From the NCBI GenBank assembly GCA_963742495.1, contig CAVULZ010000006.1, forward strand, positions 93,428 through 157,427: a DNA stretch of 64,000 bases, read 5' to 3'. Position 1 is the stretch's first letter, and each line of letters begins with the position of its first letter. Below are positions 54,105-63,739 of this stretch, one piece after another. This DNA is from Terriglobia bacterium (GTDB taxonomy: Bacteria; Acidobacteriota; Terriglobia; Terriglobales; Acidobacteriaceae). A program made the position numbers and the translations under genes. The notes beneath the pieces are model-generated. The model did not search any database. It was given only the letters and a program-made list of their open reading frames with translations, and was not told the DNA's origin.

Positions 54105-55274
54105 TTACAACTCGCCATACTCAAGAGCCAGCACGTCCCACAGGCGGCGTACTTGCGGAGCCTGCCACGCGCGTCGAAACAGTTTCTTGATAGACTGCCA
54201 GTCTTCGCCACGAAAGTTGAACGTAATTCCGTTGTCACGAGCGCGAAAATTCACGCCGATTTCGTCCTTCTCGTCTGCCCCCGTATACGCGAGAAAATAG
54301 CGCCCATTCCAGGAGATCAACACCCGCCTTACATCGAGCTGTTCCAGGATCGTCCTGAATTCCGAAATCTTTGGGTATCCCTCCACGGGATAAAGTGGCG
54401 AAAGTCTTCCTGGAAAGGACAACCAAACGGAAAAAACTTCGCTCGGCGAGCGCACGAATTCGAGACGGTACTCGCCTTCTTCAAATTTCGGTAATGGCGG
54501 ATTCAACGGAGCGCCCATCCCCCCTGCCGAAGAGTTCGGATCTTGCAAGGGCTTACCATAGTGAAAATAGTGGCCGCGGGCGCACACGCGCCACAGGGTC
54601 GGCCAGTACGGCCGAAGCGCCTCGTTTAACCTCTCGATATTGGGGAACTCTAGCTCGTCGAGGAGAAAGTAAAGGTTCCGGGCGACAAAGATGGGTCTCT
54701 GCCGCTCTTCTGTCGGGTTTCTTAGCATCCGAATGGCGTGGGTGACAGCGCGCCGAACATCGTCGCTTCCGATCTCTTCCGGCTTCTTCGCTTCGGCTTG
54801 CCGATCGGGCGGGAGATGTGCGACGAAGAAAGAGTCCAAATGGGTCTTGTTTGGTTTGCGAAGCAATCCGTAAACCGCCTGGAATGCCTCAAGGATTCCG
54901 GTAAGAGATTCATATGAAATCTCCGTCTGTGCGGTGTTGGCAAATCTCTCCACTCCGTGCAGACAGAAATAGGCAACGACGGTCCATTCCGCCTGCGAAA
55001 GCGGGAGCTTTGAGTCCGCCTTTCGGCGAATCATCAGCAGAGAATCGGTTGGCTCGGTAAGCAGACTTACCAGCTCAAGTCGTTCTTCTTTTGAGGACTC
55101 AAGAAGCTGCTTTGCCGCCTCCGATGTGGAAACGGGTTCGCCGCTCTTCATGGACATGAGCACCTTTAAGCCCTCAAGCTTTAAACGCAGCTCCTCGGAA
55201 ATACGAATGGAGATCACTGGCTGCTGCACTATCGCTGCCTTCTCCGTCGTGAGCTCTCTTTCGGCCAATTTCAC
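54105..55274 (-). CDS. hypothetical protein (389 aa), N-terminal RHH-like segment; no family recognised
   Basis: The ORF has a protein-like composition. Its N-terminus reads ISIRISEELRLKLEGLKVLMSMKSGEPVSTSEAAKQLLE. The start is GTG 55274 or TTG 55268, just after AGGAGG. Confidence 0.6.
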   Translation of the reverse strand: MKLAERELTTEKAAIVQQPVISIRISEELRLKLEGLKVLMSMKSGEPVSTSEAAKQLLESSKEERLELVSLLTEPTDSLLMIRRKADSKLPLSQAEWTVVAYFCLHGVERFANTAQTEISYESLTGILEAFQAVYGLLRKPNKTHLDSFFVAHLPPDRQAEAKKPEEIGSDDVRRAVTHAIRMLRNPTEERQRPIFVARNLYFLLDELEFPNIERLNEALRPYWPTLWRVCARGHYFHYGKPLQDPNSSAGGMGAPLNPPLPKFEEGEYRLEFVRSPSEVFSVWLSFPGRLSPLYPVEGYPKISEFRTILEQLDVRRVLISWNGRYFLAYTGADEKDEIGVNFRARDNGITFNFRGEDWQSIKKLFRRAWQAPQVRRLWDVLALEYGEL

Positions 55275-55386
55275 CTCCTGCCATCTGTAACGATACAGCT
55301 TGACTATATGTGTACGCCTGCGCTACCGTCAAGGGCAATGTCGTCCACGAGGGGCGGATGAGTCTCCCCTCAGGAGTAGATGAACC

Positions 55387-55635
55387 ATGCCCCAGCCAAT
55401 CGTGATGAAAAAACCAGCCATGCCTCAGCTCGTCAACACGCGCAACGCCGCTGAGATTCTCGGACGCTCAGCAGCAACTTTGAAACGATGGCGCGCCGAG
55501 GGAGTCGGGCCGAATTGGATAGAACTGCAAGGTCGGGTTAGCTATGATGTGAATGTTCTTTTGGAATACATCCAGAAGAACACACGAGTTGCTTCCGTGC
55601 GGGCTGCAATGGAGGAAGCTCGTGAAGCTGTTTAA
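55387..55635 (+). CDS. xis: excisionase/AlpA-type helix-turn-helix DNA-binding protein
   Basis: LVNTRNAAEILGRSAATLKRWRAEGVGPNWIELQGRVSYDVNVLLEYI. AGGAG lies upstream. It lies immediately before, and overlaps, the integrase gene. Confidence 0.7.
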   Translation: MPQPIVMKKPAMPQLVNTRNAAEILGRSAATLKRWRAEGVGPNWIELQGRVSYDVNVLLEYIQKNTRVASVRAAMEEAREAV

Positions 55636-56665
55636 GAAAGCGAAGTCCAAGTTTTACTGGTATGACTTCACGGTACGCGGACAACGCTACCGTGGGTCAA
55701 CGAACGAAACAAAAGCGGCCAGGGCGGCAAAGGTTGCTGGTCTGAAACTCGCAAGAGTGGTCGAGAATACAGATCTGCTTCCGAAAAGAGCTCCTGTGCT
55801 GCTGGAGTTTTCCCGGCGCTTCCTGGAATGGCTGGATAAGGTCAGACTGGAAGACAAAACGAAAACCTATTACCGCGATGGCTGGCGACTCATAAAGACA
55901 ACGACCATCGTTGGCATGCGACTGGATCAGATCACGAGGGATGTTATCGAGACTCTGAGGTTTTCCGGCGCATCCTCGAATGCCAATTGCGCGCTGAGAA
56001 CGTTAAGAAGGATGCTGCACAAGGCGGAGGAGTGGGCTCTGATTCGTCATGCTCCAAAACTCAAACTGATGAAGGAATACGGACGTTCACTCAGGCTTGA
56101 CGATGAAGCGGAAAAGAAATTGTTGGCCGGCGCTGCTGCCTGCAACTGGCGGAAACGCAGCCTTCAGCTTTTCCGAGACATCATCATCTTGATGCGCGAT
56201 ACCGGTATGCGGAACGAAAGAGAGCTTTACCGGATGCGCATCGAGAACCTAGATTGGGAAGGCCGCGTGATCTTCGTGCCGGACAGCAAGACCGAAGAAG
56301 GAAGGAGACGCGTGCCGATGAGCAATCGCGTCTTTGACATTCTTAGACAGCGGTGTGAAGGAAGGCACGCAGGGTGGGTTTTCCCATCGAAGCGCGCCAA
56401 GTCTGCTCACCTCACCACAATGGCCAAGAGATTTCAGGAAGCCAGAGTCAAGGCTGGGCTACCGGAAGATCTTGTCCTCTATTGTGGGCGGCATGACTAT
56501 GGCACTCGGATTCTAAAGAGAACCGGAAACCTGGCTGCCGTCATGAGAACCATGGGACACAGGGATGTGAAGACTGCGATGCAGTATCAGCATCCCGAGC
56601 TAGAGATCGTGCGCGCTGCGCTCGATCATGACACAGCAGTAGAGAAACGGGTGTCGCCGGATTGA
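55622..56665 (+). CDS. int: tyrosine-type site-specific integrase
   Basis: The start was set at GTG 55622 (KLFKKAKSKFYWYDFTVRGQRYRGST is a typical N-terminus). Catalytic-region motifs include MRDTGMRNERELYRMR, HLTTMAKRF, CGRHDYGTRILK and MGHRDVKTAMQYQH. Confidence 0.9.
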   Translation: MKLFKKAKSKFYWYDFTVRGQRYRGSTNETKAARAAKVAGLKLARVVENTDLLPKRAPVLLEFSRRFLEWLDKVRLEDKTKTYYRDGWRLIKTTTIVGMRLDQITRDVIETLRFSGASSNANCALRTLRRMLHKAEEWALIRHAPKLKLMKEYGRSLRLDDEAEKKLLAGAAACNWRKRSLQLFRDIIILMRDTGMRNERELYRMRIENLDWEGRVIFVPDSKTEEGRRRVPMSNRVFDILRQRCEGRHAGWVFPSKRAKSAHLTTMAKRFQEARVKAGLPEDLVLYCGRHDYGTRILKRTGNLAAVMRTMGHRDVKTAMQYQHPELEIVRAALDHDTAVEKRVSPD

Positions 56666-56668
56666 GTT

Positions 56669-56689
56669 ACGGCACACTTTACGGCACAC
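56669..56689 (+). promoter_or_regulatory. candidate integrase arm-type sites (right arm)
   Basis: ACGGCACAC ttt ACGGCACAC lies 3 bp after the int stop and 45 bp from the att repeat. It matches 35460-35479. Confidence 0.45.
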
Positions 56690-56733
56690 CTGGAAAAATC
56701 GGTTTGCAAATCACCGGTAAGTGATTGAAAAGA

Positions 56734-57069
<336 letters not shown>

Positions 57070-57516
57070 CCAAGGACAACCGTCTTCCGGCTTGACCAAC
57101 TCTGGCGTCTCCAGTCCCACGGCGGCGCACGCCCGCCCTTCGGGTCCGCGCCCTGCTGTAGACCGCTGCCCCACAGGTCAGAAAACAGCAGCGCCAATGC
57201 TGGCAGAAACAACCAACACCATGGAAGCCCGGTGGCTAGTGATCAGTTCTTAGTTGTCAGTTCGCATTCCTCGGGCGCTGATGCCACTGCCCTTGGCTGT
57301 GCCGTCGATCGAGCTCGGACACTCATCGCCGAGAGACAAGTCTTGCGGAGCGTTGCTCCGCTGGACAGCCCCACGCGGCTCGTGCCGGCTCCGGGAAGCT
57401 TTCGACTTTGTTTCTGCCTTCGAAAATGAAAGCAGGCAACGCCGCTTGAATGACGGCCGTTTCGGTGAGCGATTTCAAATTCCTGACTACTCGATCGCAG
57501 ATTTACCAGCGACCGG

Positions 57517-57903
57517 CTACGACCGGCGCTCTGCGTTGGAGAGATCGGCGGCGAACGGCGACACCCGGGTCGCTCCCGGCGCAGGCGCGACTGGCGTCTG
57601 CGCGATGGGCGGGCGGCGCTCCAGGGTTCCGAGGATGGGGGCTTCCCATCCATCTGGTTCCGTGGGCGCCACGAATCGGGGATCCACACACAAGGCGTCG
57701 ATCATGCGGCGTTGACGCGGCGTCAACACCTGCAGGGGCAAGACCTTGAAATTGCGGAAAATCCACAGCAGGTAGATGCGCTGTGCCAGTGCAGGCCTGA
57801 TGTAACGCGCCCCCAGCGGCGTGAGCACGCGCAGCACGCCGGCCAATAATTTTTCAATCCACATAGCCCGGCCATCCAAAGCCTTTGAGATTGTGAACGC
57901 CAA
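57517..57903 (-). CDS. hypothetical protein
   Basis: This is the most protein-like of several overlapping ORFs here (MWIEKLLAGVLRVLTPLGARYIRPALAQRIYLLWIFRNFKVLPLQVLTPRQRRMIDAL). No family was recognised. Confidence 0.35.
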   Translation of the reverse strand: MAFTISKALDGRAMWIEKLLAGVLRVLTPLGARYIRPALAQRIYLLWIFRNFKVLPLQVLTPRQRRMIDALCVDPRFVAPTEPDGWEAPILGTLERRPPIAQTPVAPAPGATRVSPFAADLSNAERRS

Positions 57904-58142
57904 CAGCGATCGCCGGAATCAGCGACTTCTATGGTCTTGCATCGGCTGAATCCGAGATTCCCTTGAACCAGAGCATTTCAGGGGTCTGCAATATTGCACC
58001 AGAACCGATGCAGTTGTCATTAGGAATTCCACGGAATTCCACATATTCTTTGTGGATTTTTTCGACCGTGGACCTGGTCCCTGCCCGCGAGGTCTGCCGC
58101 GGACTCCCCCGGGTTAGGTGCAAGTTATTTCCGATCATATAT

Positions 58143-58475
58143 TTAGCTGGGGATTTCGGGCAGGATCTCGATGCTGCGGATGCTGGCGGCTACACCAAAA
58201 TCTCCGCCGCCCTCGCTATCTTCTACTCTCAGCACGGACGCCCGGCAGCATACCCACTGTTTTTCCCCGTGGGTGAGTTCCGGCGGCAAAATCAGGACCA
58301 TCTCCAACTCGCTGCCGGCGACGATACGAGAGTCGGTATAAAGAAAAATGCCGCCAGTATTCAAATCGCGCGTGAAACCGGTGGCCTCGACCTTTCCCTT
58401 CCGGCTCTTAATGGAAACCGGCAGGCGCGCGGCCACACGAGGCCCGGAACGGCGTTCGCGCTTGATGTCCATCAT
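58143..58475 (-). CDS. PilZ-domain protein (c-di-GMP-binding type)
   Basis: The RxxxR motif is RRSGPR and the D/NxSxxG-like motif is DLNTGGIF. The 110-aa size fits a stand-alone PilZ. Confidence 0.8.
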   Translation of the reverse strand: MMDIKRERRSGPRVAARLPVSIKSRKGKVEATGFTRDLNTGGIFLYTDSRIVAGSELEMVLILPPELTHGEKQWVCCRASVLRVEDSEGGGDFGVAASIRSIEILPEIPS

Positions 58476-58633
58476 GAGAAGTGGAGCCTACCACAACTGC
58501 GCGGCCGCGATCAGCGATTCTCGTGGAGGCGGGAGGCGAGACGAGGCGTCAGTCGTCAGTCTTCAGTCGTCAGCTGAAGACTAAGAGTGGCGGCTGACGA
58601 CCGACGACTGAAGACACCGACGACTGTCGCAGC

Positions 58634-60094
58634 TTACTCGCCCTCGGGACGCCTCGAGCGAACCGCGGTTACAACCAGGGCCTGTTCCATGGTGGGCGCA
58701 TTACTGGCTCGTAGTTTGACTTCGACGTCGTGCCTTTTGTCGCTGGCTCCGGTGATCGAGTAGGCGCGGGACAACAGTTCCAGCGAGTAGGGATTATCTT
58801 CATCTTCTTCCAGGTGAGCGATCGCTTCCGGAACCTTCTGCTGACTCATCAGCAATGTCCCGGCGGCGCCATGGTACGAACTCTGCACCACGGCGCTGCG
58901 CGTGCTGCCCGCCATGGCCTCGAGTTGGTGCAGAGCCTGGGTCGCCAACTCATGGTTGCCGGCATGGTCAGCGCGGACCACCCGGTAGCGCAAGATCCGG
59001 GCGCGTTCGTCCTCACGGTCGGATTGCGAGATGCTGGAGCCCGGGTGGTTGAGCGCGTCTTCCGCCGATGCCAGGTGCTTTAAGGCTTCCGCGTCGTCAG
59101 CCTGGTAGAGGCTCATCATGCGATGGGCTTGTGCTTCGGTCAGGTCGAACCTCAGGGCGTGGGCTTTCTCGGCGACCGCGGCAAAAGCTTTATCGGCTTC
59201 GGGAAAATTGTTCTCGCGCACCCAGGTAGTGGCGCTCTGCAGAGCGTAGGACAGGCGGTCCGCTCCCGTTTGCGCATGCTGGATGGCCTGGTCGTACTCC
59301 TCACGCGCCTGCGCCTGGTTGCCCATCAGGGCATAGGTGTCCCCCAGGCCGAGCTGAGAATAGTCGAACCAGGGATCGATTTTCAGCGCCGCCTGGTAGT
59401 GCTCGATGGCGGCATCGAAGTTGCCCGACATGCGCAGGATTTCGCCGTATGAATCCTGGGGATTGGGCAGAGTCGGCAGCACCGCAACGTAGCGCTCCAT
59501 GACTTCGAAGGCTTTCGGATACTCGCCGCTGTAAGCGTAGCAGTAGGCCAGGTCGTTGAGCGCCGGGGGATAGTTCTTGTCGATCGCGAGCGCTGCCTCC
59601 AGCGTTTTTTGCGCCTGCTCGTAGCTGTTCTGTCCCATCAACCAGTTCCCTGCCAGGTAGGCCAGACGCTTGTCTTTAGGAAACATCTCCAGCATGTCGT
59701 TCATGGCAGAGATGCCGGCGATAAAATTGTTTTCCTTCACGCCGGCAATCCACTGGATGAGCAGACGCTCTCCGGGCGACGCCTTGGCGGCCAGCAGCTT
59801 GGCCTTTTCCCGCGCCGTATTCGCCTCCGCCGGGTCGCTGCTGTTGTAGGCGATAAAAATGTAGGCCAGGGCGAAATTGGGATCAGCCTGTACAGCCGCA
59901 CGCCAGCCGATGTTGGCCCGCTCCAGATAAAGATTCTCGTAGTCAGTCAGGGCGCGATCGAACAGTTCCCGCGCTTTGGGCGAAGACGTGGTTGCCGGCA
60001 TCGTCTTCGACGCGCTCTCTTTGATGTGATGCGCCTGCAGAGGCAGAACCAGCGCGAAGCCCAGCAGTAGAGCTGTAAATGTAATCAGGCGCAT
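58634..60094 (-). CDS. secreted TPR-repeat protein
   Basis: A signal peptide is present (MRLITFTALLLGFALVLPLQA). There are multiple TPR-like units (AL.DLAYCYAYSGEYPKAFE, AIEHYQAALKIDP, ...). Confidence 0.85.
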   Translation of the reverse strand: MRLITFTALLLGFALVLPLQAHHIKESASKTMPATTSSPKARELFDRALTDYENLYLERANIGWRAAVQADPNFALAYIFIAYNSSDPAEANTAREKAKLLAAKASPGERLLIQWIAGVKENNFIAGISAMNDMLEMFPKDKRLAYLAGNWLMGQNSYEQAQKTLEAALAIDKNYPPALNDLAYCYAYSGEYPKAFEVMERYVAVLPTLPNPQDSYGEILRMSGNFDAAIEHYQAALKIDPWFDYSQLGLGDTYALMGNQAQAREEYDQAIQHAQTGADRLSYALQSATTWVRENNFPEADKAFAAVAEKAHALRFDLTEAQAHRMMSLYQADDAEALKHLASAEDALNHPGSSISQSDREDERARILRYRVVRADHAGNHELATQALHQLEAMAGSTRSAVVQSSYHGAAGTLLMSQQKVPEAIAHLEEDEDNPYSLELLSRAYSITGASDKRHDVEVKLRASNAPTMEQALVVTAVRSRRPEGE

Positions 60095-60387
60095 CGGAAT
60101 CTCAACTGAAGTGTTGAACCTCTGGCGAACCTAGCACGGGCCCACAAGGGGTCAAAAGTGCCAGTCGAGGTAACTCCGGCTATCCTGATTGCTTATTGAG
60201 ATATGTTTTTTCATATACGCTTCCAATTTTCCGTCCCGTACCGCATATTTCGAGGGCGTGATCAACCTCGGCAATGCATTGCAGACAATGGATGTTACGG
60301 GATTATCGGACTTTGGCCCCCAGCGTGACACAGATTGTTCAACTCGGGACATCACTAAGAAATGTTGGGGACAAAAACGGAGGCGGT

Positions 60388-63300
60388 ATGCGGCAATTGC
60401 TCAGATCTGCGGTAGTTGTTTTATTGCTAGCGGTTATCAGCCATGCACAGACGTTTCGGGGAGCGATTAACGGCACGGTCGTTGATCCATCGGGAGCGGT
60501 CGTTGCCGGGGCCCAGGTAAGAGCAATCAACAACGGCACGGGGGTCGCGCTTACTACGGCGTCGACCAGCGAAGGCCAGTTTTCGTTCCAGGACCTGCCG
60601 CTGGGTTCCTACAAGATCACGGTGAATGCGTCCGGCTTCCAGCCGGTGAACGTGGACAACGTCGTGGTCACTGCCGGGTCGGTTTACACTTTGCCGGTCA
60701 AGCTCACCATGGGACAGCAGACCACTGCGATTGAAGTTTCCGCAGCCTCGGTTTCCGTGGATACGACCACGTCAACCCAGAGCATGACTATCCCCGCCAC
60801 CGTGGTGCAGAACGTTCCTCTGAATGGACGGGATTTCACCCAACTGATCTCGACTGCGCCCGGCTACGGCGGATATTCCGTGGGTGGTTACGGTTCGCTC
60901 AACGGGACGCGCGCCAACCAGATGAACTGGCAAATTGACGGCGTGGACAACAACGACTTCTGGCATAACATTCCCGCGGTCAACCAGGGCGGCGTCTCCG
61001 GAATCGCGGGCGTCATTATGCCGATTGACGCTACCGACGAGTTTTCTGCGCAGACCCAGTCGAGCGCCGAGGCCGGACGCAATGCCGGCGGCACAGTAAA
61101 CCTGGTGCTCAAATCCGGCACCAACAGTTTGCATGGAAGCGCTTACTACTACAATCGGAACGAATTTTATGGCGCGGCCTCACCCTTCTTCCAGCCCAGC
61201 GCCACGGTTACCAGAGCGCCGGCGCTACGCAACCAGAATTTTGGATTCAGCTTGGGCGGCCCGATCATCAAGGACAAGACATTCTTTTTTGTCACGTTTG
61301 AGAAGCAGAACTACCTGATCGGTTTGTCCGGGTTGGCCACCGAACCTTCTTTTGCCTGGCAAACCCAGGCCCTGGCTTTGCTGACCGCCCACGGAATTAC
61401 GCCCAGTCCACTTTCGCAAACCCTGATCGGCAATCCGGTAACCAGCACCAATCCCATTCTCTGGCCGTCGCTGATCAATCCCCTGCCGGCAAAAACCGGC
61501 AACTTCTTCAGCCCGATTGCCTCCACCGGGTACAGCTACAACGGGGTGGCCAAGATCGATCACAATTTCAACGAGAAAAACCATCTTTCAGTCCGCTGGT
61601 TTGGGGGACAGGGAAGCCAGACTGCGCCGCTCGGTGGCAGCCCGGCGTTGGGCACAGCCAGCTCCAATCTGCAGTTTTACTTCGAAAAAGCGCCTCTCCA
61701 CGTCTACAACTACGCGGCCACGCTCAATACGGTGATCTCCCCGCGGATGACGAATCAGCTGCTCTTCGGAGTCAACTACTTCAACCAGACTTTCAGCGAT
61801 GCCAACAACAGCTTCAACACCAAGGCCCTGGGCTTGTTCCTGAGCCCGGACGCGACCATCAAGGGACAGCCCATTCTAGGCGCCCCCAATATCGTGATCG
61901 CGAATCAGAATGGAGGGGCAAGCTTTGAGCAAATCGGCCTCACGCCCCCCGAAGGCCGCAACGACGTCACTGGGATGCTGGCCGACATCGTCTCCTATAA
62001 CGTCGGCAGGCACCAGATCCGTTTCGGCGGTGAAGTCCGACAGGGCCGGGTGAATGAGTTCTATCATCGCCGCGGAACCGGTAAATTCACCTTCGACGGA
62101 ACCCAGGGACCCTGGGCGGGAACCTGCGCGGCCGACGACCCCACGTGTGCGCTGGCGGATTTCCTCGCCGGCGACGTCTCCAGCTCCACGATTGCGGTCG
62201 GCAATCCCGAGCGCTTCGTGAGGGTCAATGGTTACAACTTTTTTGGCCAGGACTCGATTCAAGTCACCCGCAAGCTGAACCTGAATTTCGGTCTCCGCTA
62301 CGAATACTTCGGACCGCTGTATAGCAACAACAAGGACCTGGCGGTCTTTATCCCGGGCAAAGGCATGCTCATTCAGGGCAACGGGATCGACTCCATCTTC
62401 CCGCCGGACCGCAACAACTTCGCGCCCCGTTTCGGATTCGCTTACCAGCCCAGAGAGAATGGCGATCTGGTGGTGCGCGGCGGCATTGGCGTCTTCTACG
62501 ATCAGATCAACATGAACCCGTTCCTTGACTTCCGCCCGCCCATTTCCGGCGCGGATGGTTTGCAGGACAACCCGGTCGGGCCGGCTGCAGTTTCCAACCT
62601 AAGCCTGAATGGCTACAACTGGGACGCGGTACAGGCCGGGGGCGCGTCCGTTTTCCCCGGAGTCACGCTTTGCCCCACCCTGAATTTCAACACCGACCCA
62701 GGATGCGGCGTCCCCGACACCACCACCGGCGTCAATACCTACAACGTGTACTCGGTCAACCAGAACTTCCGCGCTCCCTACTTCTTTAACTACAACCTGC
62801 AGATCGAAAAGGGCCTGGGGAATTCGGCAGTTTTCCAAATCGGATATGTGGGCAGCGAAGGACGCAAGCTGAGCACCATGCTGAACATCAACCAGGTGGG
62901 CGCATCTCCGGTCGGGCATTTCAATGCCCAGTACCCCAATGCGGGATCCATCGTGCAACTCAACAGCACCGGTACGTCGAACTACAACTCGCTGCAGACC
63001 ACGCTCAGAATCAGGTCGTTTCACGGGCTCAGCACCCAGTTCGCTTACACCTGGGCGCACGCTCTGGACTTGATGAGCGAGTACCGCGGCGTCTTCCCGC
63101 TGGACAGCTATAACCTGAAGGCGGAATACGGCAACGGGGATTTTGATACCCGGCACAACTTCACCACCAGCCTGTCTTACGACGTGCCGGGCTCGTCGCA
63201 CGGCCCCAAGATCCTCACCCACGGCTGGCAGGTAAACAGCCTGTTGTCGTTCCACACCGGGCAGCCGTTCAACATCTCGGGTGGTTTCAACCGCCCGGGT

Positions 63301-63687
63301 TGCGACCTGGTGGGCGATCCGTTCGCCGGCGTCAACCATACCTTCTCCGCAGCGGCAGGAGGGGAACAATGGGTCAACCCGGCGGCTTTCAATTGCTCTA
63401 CTCCGACTACTTTCCTCGGCAACCTTTCTCGGAACAAATTCTATGCCCCGGGATATGGCTCCGTGGATCTTTCGGTGTTCAAAAACATTCCGGTGGGCGA
63501 GCGCTTCAGGGTGCAGCTCCGGGCGGAGATGTTTAACCTGCTGAACCGGATCAACCTGGCATCCGGCGGCGGCTCGGTCGGTTCCAACGGTTTCGTGAGC
63601 GACACCATCGGCGACTTCAACGGCGCCCCTGGCATCGGCCCCGGCGAAGCTTTCAACATGCAGCTCGCAATCAAGATCATCTTCTAA
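60388..63687 (+). CDS. TonB-dependent outer-membrane receptor with carboxypeptidase-regulatory-like domain
   Basis: Trimmed to ATG 60388 (GGAGG upstream). The signal peptide is MRQLLRSAVVVLLLAVISHAQ. It reads GTVVDPSGAVVAGAQVRAINNGTG...SEGQFSFQDLPLGSYKI. It is colinear with the receptor at 2257-5877 and has a C-terminal ...LAIKIIF. Confidence 0.9.
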   Translation: MRQLLRSAVVVLLLAVISHAQTFRGAINGTVVDPSGAVVAGAQVRAINNGTGVALTTASTSEGQFSFQDLPLGSYKITVNASGFQPVNVDNVVVTAGSVYTLPVKLTMGQQTTAIEVSAASVSVDTTTSTQSMTIPATVVQNVPLNGRDFTQLISTAPGYGGYSVGGYGSLNGTRANQMNWQIDGVDNNDFWHNIPAVNQGGVSGIAGVIMPIDATDEFSAQTQSSAEAGRNAGGTVNLVLKSGTNSLHGSAYYYNRNEFYGAASPFFQPSATVTRAPALRNQNFGFSLGGPIIKDKTFFFVTFEKQNYLIGLSGLATEPSFAWQTQALALLTAHGITPSPLSQTLIGNPVTSTNPILWPSLINPLPAKTGNFFSPIASTGYSYNGVAKIDHNFNEKNHLSVRWFGGQGSQTAPLGGSPALGTASSNLQFYFEKAPLHVYNYAATLNTVISPRMTNQLLFGVNYFNQTFSDANNSFNTKALGLFLSPDATIKGQPILGAPNIVIANQNGGASFEQIGLTPPEGRNDVTGMLADIVSYNVGRHQIRFGGEVRQGRVNEFYHRRGTGKFTFDGTQGPWAGTCAADDPTCALADFLAGDVSSSTIAVGNPERFVRVNGYNFFGQDSIQVTRKLNLNFGLRYEYFGPLYSNNKDLAVFIPGKGMLIQGNGIDSIFPPDRNNFAPRFGFAYQPRENGDLVVRGGIGVFYDQINMNPFLDFRPPISGADGLQDNPVGPAAVSNLSLNGYNWDAVQAGGASVFPGVTLCPTLNFNTDPGCGVPDTTTGVNTYNVYSVNQNFRAPYFFNYNLQIEKGLGNSAVFQIGYVGSEGRKLSTMLNINQVGASPVGHFNAQYPNAGSIVQLNSTGTSNYNSLQTTLRIRSFHGLSTQFAYTWAHALDLMSEYRGVFPLDSYNLKAEYGNGDFDTRHNFTTSLSYDVPGSSHGPKILTHGWQVNSLLSFHTGQPFNISGGFNRPGCDLVGDPFAGVNHTFSAAAGGEQWVNPAAFNCSTPTTFLGNLSRNKFYAPGYGSVDLSVFKNIPVGERFRVQLRAEMFNLLNRINLASGGGSVGSNGFVSDTIGDFNGAPGIGPGEAFNMQLAIKIIF

Positions 63688-63709
63688 CACTTGCGAGTAC
63701 TTACTCGGC

Positions 63710-63739
63710 GCGGATGCGCGAAAGCGCATCCGCTTTTTT
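63710..63739 (+). terminator. rho-independent terminator of the receptor gene
   Basis: A 10-bp stem gcggatgcgc / gcgcatccgc with a gaaa loop is followed by T6. Confidence 0.8.

Noticed and set aside
57243-57715. Mutually overlapping ORFs 57243..57689 (-), 57254..57715 (+), 57450..57749 (+) and 57503..57766 (-)
   Set aside because: All are Arg/Pro/Gly-rich with no motifs. Only the 57517..57903 frame looks marginally protein-like, and it was kept at low confidence.
58548-58630. A possible CRISPR array or minisatellite
   Set aside because: The units are only ~7 nt, irregular, and arranged as an inverted rather than a direct repeat array. No spacers and no cas genes are anywhere in the window.
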